DNA from: Alphaproteobacteria bacterium
GTDB taxonomy: Bacteria > Pseudomonadota > Alphaproteobacteria > UBA7887
DNA length: 64,000 nucleotides
Direction: 5' to 3'
Assembly: GCA_965216755.1 (NCBI GenBank)
Contig: CBDCGL010000011.1
Coordinates: 1,024,001 to 1,088,000, forward strand
Below the pieces are notes generated by a model. The model saw only the letters and a list, made by a program, of their open reading frames with translations, was not told where the DNA came from and made no database searches. Numbering within the stretch: position 1 is the stretch's first letter; the number at the start of each line of letters is the position of its first letter. Below, piece by piece: positions 57,842 through 64,000 of the stretch. A program made the position numbers and the translations under genes.

Positions 57842-59511
57842 ACGATGCGGCACATGACCCAGTGACGCTCGATATTGTCGGCGGCAAGTTGCTTGCGACT
57901 GTCGACGAGATGGGCGTTGTGCTGGCCCGTACCAGCATGAGCCCGGTGATATACGAGGTTCTCGATTTCGCCTGCGGGCTGTGCGACATCGATGGCAACC
58001 TCATTGCGCAGTCCAATGGCCTGACCCTGTTCACCGGTACGTTCGCGGGACAAGTTCGCTTCATCAAGTCGAAGTTTGCGGGCCGCATGCGCCCCGGCGA
58101 TGTGTTCATCACCAACGACCCGTATCACGGCGGCACACATTGTTGCGATATGGCGGTCATCAAACCGCTGTTCTTGGCGGACACTGCCATTGGGTTCGCG
58201 ATCAGTGTGGCCCATTGGTTGGATGTCGGCGGTGCTATCGCCGGCAGCTTGCCGCCCAACGCCACTGAAGTGTTTCAAGAAGGCCTGCGCCTGCCTGGAC
58301 TGCGGCTGTGCCGAGACGATCAATTGATCGACGACATGCGCGATCTCATCGTCGCCAACGTGCGACTGCCACATCTGGCGCTCGGCGATTTGAACGCCGA
58401 ACTGGCCGCGGTGAATATCGCGGATCGGCGGGTTCACGAAATATGCGCCCGATATGGTCGCGACGTTATTGGTGCCACGTTCGAACGAATCCTGTGCGCA
58501 AGCGAGGCTGAAAGTCGCGCGGCAATCGCCGCGCTCCCGGATGGCACGTACCATGCAACTGATTTCGTCGACGGTGACGGCGTCTCCGACGATCAGATCG
58601 CGGTCCAGGTCGCCGTTACCGTCGAAGGCGATGAGATCACCTTTGACTATACCGGTTGTGCGGCCGCGCGCCCGGGCCCGATCAATTGTTCGCGGGGCGC
58701 ACTCGAATCGGCGGTTAAGACCGTCTTCAAGGCCTTGGTTGGGCCGCAAGCCCCCTCCAACGAAGGATGGTTCCAACCTTTGTCGATCAAAATACCCGAA
58801 GGAACGATCTTCAGTGCGACGACGCCGTCGCCTATCGGCTGGTATTATGAGGGATCTGCGCAAGCTTCGGAACTCGCCTGGAAAGCGTTGGCGCCCGTGG
58901 CGCCGGATCGGTTTAGCGCCGGCAGCTATATGAGCCTGTGCGCCACTTACTTCTGCGGTCCGGATGCGACAGGCGATCTCTATGTCCATATCGAGCCGCA
59001 GCATGGCGGATGGGGCGCATGTCCGGAGCGCGATGGCGCCAGTGGCCTGATCGCGGTCACCGATGGCGATACCTATAACTTGTCTGTCGAACTGCTAGAG
59101 GCTAAATATCCTCTGCGCATCCGCCGCTATACATTGAATACCGAAGACGACGTCGGCGCCGGCCGCCATCGTGGCGGTTTCGGCTTGGTCCGCGAGTATG
59201 AAGTTCTAGGTGCTGACGCGTTTCTTTATGCGAGTCTTGGCCGATCGGTCACGCGGCCATGGGGCATCGACGGCGGAACCGAAGGCGGCACCAACTATAT
59301 CGAAGTGATTCGTAACGGCACAACGACTCGTCTCGCGCGCGTGCCTCATTTCGCGCTCAGTCGCGGCGACCGCGTCCGCATCGTCACCGGTGGTGGTGGC
59401 GGTTGGGGCGACCCGATGACGCGGCCCTTAGCAGCGGTGCAAACGGACCTCGAGGACCAGTACCTCTCGTCCAACCACGCCCGGGACGTTTATGGTTTTG
59501 GCGCCCGATGA
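57838..59511 (+). CDS. Hydantoinase B/oxoprolinase family protein
   Basis: DPVTLDI, SPVIYEVLDFACG, TNDPYHGGTH..D, AHWLDVGG, GAGRHRGG and TGGGGGWGDP motifs. ATGA overlap with the upstream gene. Confidence 0.92.
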   Translation: MNDAAHDPVTLDIVGGKLLATVDEMGVVLARTSMSPVIYEVLDFACGLCDIDGNLIAQSNGLTLFTGTFAGQVRFIKSKFAGRMRPGDVFITNDPYHGGTHCCDMAVIKPLFLADTAIGFAISVAHWLDVGGAIAGSLPPNATEVFQEGLRLPGLRLCRDDQLIDDMRDLIVANVRLPHLALGDLNAELAAVNIADRRVHEICARYGRDVIGATFERILCASEAESRAAIAALPDGTYHATDFVDGDGVSDDQIAVQVAVTVEGDEITFDYTGCAAARPGPINCSRGALESAVKTVFKALVGPQAPSNEGWFQPLSIKIPEGTIFSATTPSPIGWYYEGSAQASELAWKALAPVAPDRFSAGSYMSLCATYFCGPDATGDLYVHIEPQHGGWGACPERDGASGLIAVTDGDTYNLSVELLEAKYPLRIRRYTLNTEDDVGAGRHRGGFGLVREYEVLGADAFLYASLGRSVTRPWGIDGGTEGGTNYIEVIRNGTTTRLARVPHFALSRGDRVRIVTGGGGGWGDPMTRPLAAVQTDLEDQYLSSNHARDVYGFGAR

Positions 59512-61544
59512 CACGATTGGCGACCGATGTTGGGGGTACTTTCACCGACTTGGTCCTGTACGATGACTCGACCGGCGCGATTCAGACCGCGAAGTCTTTA
59601 ACCACGCCCAAGGATCAGGCCCAAGGCGTTGTCAACGCGATCCGCGAAAGCGGACTGGATCCAACGCGAGTCGATTATTTCATTCACGGCGGCACAACGG
59701 TTATCAACGCGATCACCGAACGCAAAGGCGTGACGACGGCACTGGTAACCACCGCCGGCTTTCGCGACGTTCTGGAGATCGGTCGGGGCAATCGCCCGGA
59801 CCTTTATAATCTCCAGTTCCGGTCACCGACGCCGCTGGTCCCGCGCCGCCGCCGCTTCGAAATTGCGGAGCGGATCGGCGCCGATGGTTCGGTCATAGAA
59901 CCTTTTACACCGGATAAGCTGGCACCGATCATCGACGCCTGCCGCGCCGCCCAAGTTCGGGCCATAGCCATTTGTTTCTTGCACAGCTACTTAAATCCCG
60001 AGCACGAAACCCAATGCGCGACGGCCCTGGCCGATGCGTTGCCCGATGCCGCGATCTCGGTCTCTTCGGAGATTACACGCGAATGGCGCGAGTTCGAACG
60101 CACAAACACGGCGGTCCTAAATGCCTATGTGCAGCCCATCATCGCCCGCTATTTTGAGCATTTGGAAGCAGCCCTGCGCCAGGTCGGCCTGAATTGCCCG
60201 CTTCATGCCATGCAATCAAATGGTGGGACAACAGCGTTCTCATGGGCGAAATCTCATCCTGTGACCCTGGTCGAATCGGGTCCCGCTGGTGGCGTGAATG
60301 GTGCGGCGCTGGTCGGCCAAGCATGCGGCATCGATGATGTGATCTCGTTCGATGTCGGCGGCACAACCGCTAAATGTTCACTAATTATTGGCGGGATACC
60401 AACGGTAAACACGGAGTACCAGCTTGAACGCTCGCGCCTTAGTCCGGGATATCCGGTTAAAGCGCCGGTGGTCGACATCGTCGAGGTCGGCGCTGGTGGC
60501 GGCTCCATCGCACATATGGACAACCATGGCCGGTTGCGGGTCGGACCGGAAAGCGCAGGAGCTGAACCGGGCCCCGCCTGTTATGGCCGGGGCGGCCACC
60601 AAGCGACCGTGACAGACGCCAAGCTCATTGCCGGTGTCCTCAACGCGGAATCCTTCTCAAGCGGCCAATTGGCGTTGAATCTCGAGGCCGCGCGCGATGC
60701 GTTTTCTCCGATAGCCGACGCTTTGAAGACCGATCTGCGCGGCGCCGCGACAGCCGTGATCCGGATCGCTGAGGCCAATATGATCAATGCGCTAAGGCTG
60801 ATCTCGGTGCAACGCGGCCACGACCCTCGCGACTTCGCGCTACTCGCGTCGGGTGGTGGTGGCGCCATGCATGCCGCGACATTGGGGCGAGATCTTGGCG
60901 TTCGCGAAGTCATCGTGCCGCGCTATCCAGGGTTGTTTTCAGCGTGGGGAATGCTTGCGACGGCACCACGCTATGATTTGGCGCGTACGGTCCCAATGGC
61001 GGCGGCGGACACGGACACGCGCCAGATCACCGCCATTTTTGGCGACATGAAAGCGACAGCGGCGCGCTACTTCGATACATCTTGCGATGCGCTGTCCTAC
61101 GCAGCGCGGATCGAGATGCGCTATCATGGTCAGGAGCACACAGTCGCCGCGGCGGTCGACGTCGACCGTGTAGCCATGCCCGATCTGTTGGAACGATTTC
61201 ACGCCGCCCACGAACGGGCCTACACATTTCGTCTACCCGAGGCGCGGGTCGAATTGATCCATTTCCACCTGGTTGCCGAACGCCCCGCGCCGCGCCCCGA
61301 CTTGGCCCCACTTGATGGCGCCGGCCGCGCGCTTGACGCCGCCCGCCGCCCGTCTCGCGCCGTCGCCTTTGGCGATGCGGGCGTGCATGAGTCGATGATC
61401 TACGATCGCGACCTGCTGCCACCCGACATAACGCTCAACGGCCCGTTGGTGATCGAGGAAGCCACGGCAACGACCGTGGTCTTGCCCGGCCAAAGGCTTT
61501 GGGTGGACCCGCTCGGTCTTCTGCGGATTCGGGAGCAAACCTAA
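59508..61544 (+). CDS. Hydantoinase A/oxoprolinase family protein (ATP-binding)
   Basis: DVGGTFTD, HGGTTVINA, ESGPAGG, DVGGTT, GAGGGS and PGPACYGRGG motifs. ATGA overlap with hyuB. Confidence 0.92.
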   Translation: MTRLATDVGGTFTDLVLYDDSTGAIQTAKSLTTPKDQAQGVVNAIRESGLDPTRVDYFIHGGTTVINAITERKGVTTALVTTAGFRDVLEIGRGNRPDLYNLQFRSPTPLVPRRRRFEIAERIGADGSVIEPFTPDKLAPIIDACRAAQVRAIAICFLHSYLNPEHETQCATALADALPDAAISVSSEITREWREFERTNTAVLNAYVQPIIARYFEHLEAALRQVGLNCPLHAMQSNGGTTAFSWAKSHPVTLVESGPAGGVNGAALVGQACGIDDVISFDVGGTTAKCSLIIGGIPTVNTEYQLERSRLSPGYPVKAPVVDIVEVGAGGGSIAHMDNHGRLRVGPESAGAEPGPACYGRGGHQATVTDAKLIAGVLNAESFSSGQLALNLEAARDAFSPIADALKTDLRGAATAVIRIAEANMINALRLISVQRGHDPRDFALLASGGGGAMHAATLGRDLGVREVIVPRYPGLFSAWGMLATAPRYDLARTVPMAAADTDTRQITAIFGDMKATAARYFDTSCDALSYAARIEMRYHGQEHTVAAAVDVDRVAMPDLLERFHAAHERAYTFRLPEARVELIHFHLVAERPAPRPDLAPLDGAGRALDAARRPSRAVAFGDAGVHESMIYDRDLLPPDITLNGPLVIEEATATTVVLPGQRLWVDPLGLLRIREQT

Positions 61545-62446
61545 GTCTGCAGTGCCGGCCGCCGGGACGTTAGGATCACACCGGCAACCATCAAGGCGAA
61601 GGCGAGCCATACGAGAACGTGCAGACTGTCGCCGAAAACGGCCCATCCCCATGCGATCCCAGATAAAACAGCCAAATAATTGAACTGGGCGAAAAAAACG
61701 GGCCCGGCGATACGAATGATCTCCAGATAGAGAATGACGAAGACCGCGTTGATTGCAACGGCACCGATCAAAGCCCAATCGCCGGCGCTTGGGAAATCCG
61801 GAAACCAATATGTTTGTCCAGTCACGGCCGAGATGACGGCCAGGATCGCCGATGAACCGAGTAAAACGCCGCTGGCCATTGCCGTTGACTGCATCGCTGG
61901 TGGTCGCAACAGTGCGGCGGCAACATTGGATGCCGCAAACAGGACCGGTGCAATCAGCGCGAGCATGAACCAGCCGGCCATGCCAGCGGCAGGAAGCGCC
62001 GCTGATGGCAGAATCAGCAAAGCCACACCAACAAAACCCGCGGCGATGCCCAACAAGCCGAGCCAATGCATGCGCTCGACGCGAAACGCCACCCCAAACG
62101 CATAGGTCATCGGCGGCGACAATGCCAGGACCAGGGTAACGATGGCGGCCGGCAGGTTTGGTGCCACATATGTCAGAAGCGACATCGGCAAACCAATGGC
62201 CAGAGCGCCGATCACAAGGTAGGCGCGCACCGCCACCCAATCAGTACGGGGTGCCGCCCGCTTCGCAAGCGATATCACCAGGAGAATGATACCCGCGACG
62301 AACGACTGCCAAAACGCATAAGCAATTGGCGGCAGTCCCGCCTCGGCGGCGATTTTATTGGCAACAAATATGGCGCCATAAATGATCGCCGCAGCCACCA
62401 GCATGAAATATCGCGTACTGCCATCGGTCGTCGTCATGATACCCAT
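61541..62446 (-). CDS. DMT/EamA family transporter
   Basis: About 10 hydrophobic helices in two EamA-like halves; IIRIAGPVFFAQFNY and WGWAVFGD motifs. Confidence 0.85.
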   Translation of the reverse strand: MGIMTTTDGSTRYFMLVAAAIIYGAIFVANKIAAEAGLPPIAYAFWQSFVAGIILLVISLAKRAAPRTDWVAVRAYLVIGALAIGLPMSLLTYVAPNLPAAIVTLVLALSPPMTYAFGVAFRVERMHWLGLLGIAAGFVGVALLILPSAALPAAGMAGWFMLALIAPVLFAASNVAAALLRPPAMQSTAMASGVLLGSSAILAVISAVTGQTYWFPDFPSAGDWALIGAVAINAVFVILYLEIIRIAGPVFFAQFNYLAVLSGIAWGWAVFGDSLHVLVWLAFALMVAGVILTSRRPALQT

Positions 62447-62448
62447 CA

Positions 62449-62991
62449 CTACTTGATCAGGCGACTGACGCCGCGAAAAAGATCCGTGCCGGCTTTCTCG
62501 AGACACTCGAACAAGACTTGCTCGGTCACCACGATTTGCGCGCCGGCATCGCGCAGCCTATCGAGCGCAATCGGCACGTGTATCGGATCCCGCGAGGTTG
62601 TCGCGTCAGCGACAACAAGAACCTCGTAATCGCGCGCCCGAAGCCCGAGTGCCGTTTGACTGACACAGACGTGGCTCTCGATTCCGCATAATATGGCCTG
62701 GTCGCGGTCCAAAGCCGCCATGGCACCGGCGAGATCAGAATCATCCGCGCAAGAAAAGTGCAATTTTTCATACACTTGTTCGGGCGAAATCTGCTCGCGC
62801 AGGCGTTCGATTGTCGGACCTAACCCGCGCGGATATTGCTCGCTCACGAGCAGCGGAAGCCCAAGTTTGCGGGCAGCTTGAATCAGTATCTCACATTGCG
62901 TAACAACGGCCTCGGGCGCATGCATGGCCGGCAGCAGTCGCTCTTGTACATCAATAACCAGAAGAAACGCCCGGTTGCGCTTGATTGTCAT
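62449..62991 (-). CDS. Isochorismatase family cysteine hydrolase (ISOC/YcaC-like)
   Basis: IDVQERL, SEQYPRGLGPT, KLHFSC and GIESHVCVSQT (D-K-C triad). Confidence 0.9.
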   Translation of the reverse strand: MTIKRNRAFLLVIDVQERLLPAMHAPEAVVTQCEILIQAARKLGLPLLVSEQYPRGLGPTIERLREQISPEQVYEKLHFSCADDSDLAGAMAALDRDQAILCGIESHVCVSQTALGLRARDYEVLVVADATTSRDPIHVPIALDRLRDAGAQIVVTEQVLFECLEKAGTDLFRGVSRLIK

Positions 62992-63132
62992 GAAGAATGA
63001 CCCAAATATGCACCAAGTCATGGGAAACATTGACAGCGAACGTCGCGACTCTATAGTCACCTATAACATTTGGCCAGCCGCAGTGGGCCGGCGCGTTGAT
63101 TGCCGTAGAGGCATCAAAAGACACGAGAGTGT

Positions 63133-64000
63133 ATGACATTTTCTGATTTGGGGCTGAGCCCCGGGACCTTGCAGGCTGTCGAAGACGCCGGCTACACCGA
63201 ACCTACTCCCATCCAATCGCAAGCCATTCCTGTCATTCTGCAGGGCCGGGACGTGCTTGGCTGCGCCCAAACCGGCACCGGCAAGACAGCTTCTTTTACG
63301 TTGCCGATGATCGACATCCTGTCGGCGGGCCGGGCACGGGCGCGCATGCCACGGTCGTTGATCTTGTCGCCAACGCGCGAACTCGCCACGCAAACCGCTG
63401 GGAATTTCGAGACTTACGGCAAGTACCACAAGCTCAGTATGGCTCTGTTAATTGGCGGCGTATCGTCCGTTGACCAAGGCCGGAAGCTGGATCGCGGGGT
63501 CGACGTGTTGATCGCCACGCCGGGCCGTTTGTTGGACCTGTTTGAGCGTGGCTCAATACTGCTCTCGGGCGTCAAGGTTCTTGTGATCGACGAAGCCGAC
63601 CGCATGTTGGATATGGGATTTATCCCAGATATCGAACGCATTGTCAGTTTGCTGCCGAAGATCCGTCAAACGTTGATGTTCTCCGCCACGATGCCGAAAG
63701 AGATCCGGCGCCTTGCCGACGCATTTCTCATTTCGCCGAAGGAAATTACGGTCGCGCCACCGGCGTCGCCGGCCGCCAGCGTGATACAGAAGCTGGCCAT
63801 TGTTCTCGGCTCTGACAAACGTCAGGCTCTGCGTACCTTGCTCGCAGGTGAAGAGGTCGAGAACGCGTTGATCTTTTGCAACCGTAAAAAAGACGTCGAC
63901 ATTTTGAACGCATCGTTGCGCAAACACGGGTTTAGATCCGCCGCGATGCATGGCGACATGCCGCAACTCACCCGTACCGAGACGCTCGACGCCTTCAAGA
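63133..64000 (+). CDS. DEAD-box RNA helicase (RhlE-like), truncated by the window end
   Basis: Manual translation MTFSDLGL...PTPIQ, AQTGTGKT, PTRELA, TPGRLLD, DEADRMLDMGF, SATMP, IFCN, HGDM. Absent from the ORF track because it has no stop in the window. Confidence 0.93.
   Translation, partial: MTFSDLGLSPGTLQAVEDAGYTEPTPIQSQAIPVILQGRDVLGCAQTGTGKTASFTLPMIDILSAGRARARMPRSLILSPTRELATQTAGNFETYGKYHKLSMALLIGGVSSVDQGRKLDRGVDVLIATPGRLLDLFERGSILLSGVKVLVIDEADRMLDMGFIPDIERIVSLLPKIRQTLMFSATMPKEIRRLADAFLISPKEITVAPPASPAASVIQKLAIVLGSDKRQALRTLLAGEEVENALIFCNRKKDVDILNASLRKHGFRSAAMHGDMPQLTRTETLDAFK

Noticed and set aside
57610-59004. 464-aa minus-strand ORF
   Set aside because: It is antisense to hyuB, with no domain signal.

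Overview
GC-rich alphaproteobacterial chromosome segment, with a Rhodospirillales-like flagellar gene order. I found no rRNA, tRNA, CRISPR array, integrase or transposase. From left to right it contains: livM/livH; an SDR; a single-barrel MetE-like enzyme; hemA; an orphan TRAP solute-binding protein; a quinone reductase; a LigE-like GST; an RTX/T1SS protein with six near-identical 345-bp repeats; a sugar-acid catabolic cluster; an aminotransferase-sua5-FAD oxidoreductase-acyl-CoA dehydrogenase-metY run; an itaconate-pathway-like dehydrogenase/hydratase pair; an ~18-kb flagellar cluster (fliK-flgD-flgE, sciP, fliF-G-H-N-motA, flbD, flhA-flhF-flhG) with recognisable sigma54, ftr and CtrA sites; a GT2-GT4-AsnB glycan operon; a divergent cyclic-amide catabolic hub; a DMT transporter; an isochorismatase-family hydrolase; and a partial DEAD-box helicase. 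The best candidates for undescribed biology are: (i) the hub, where capBA-bauB faces an operon joining two stand-alone carboxyltransferase subunits to a second HyuBA pair; (ii) a second FliK-like protein and a QueF-fold protein lacking the catalytic Cys at the end of the flagellar operon; (iii) two families of non-coding palindromic elements. All homology calls rest on motif recognition and recall, not on database searches.
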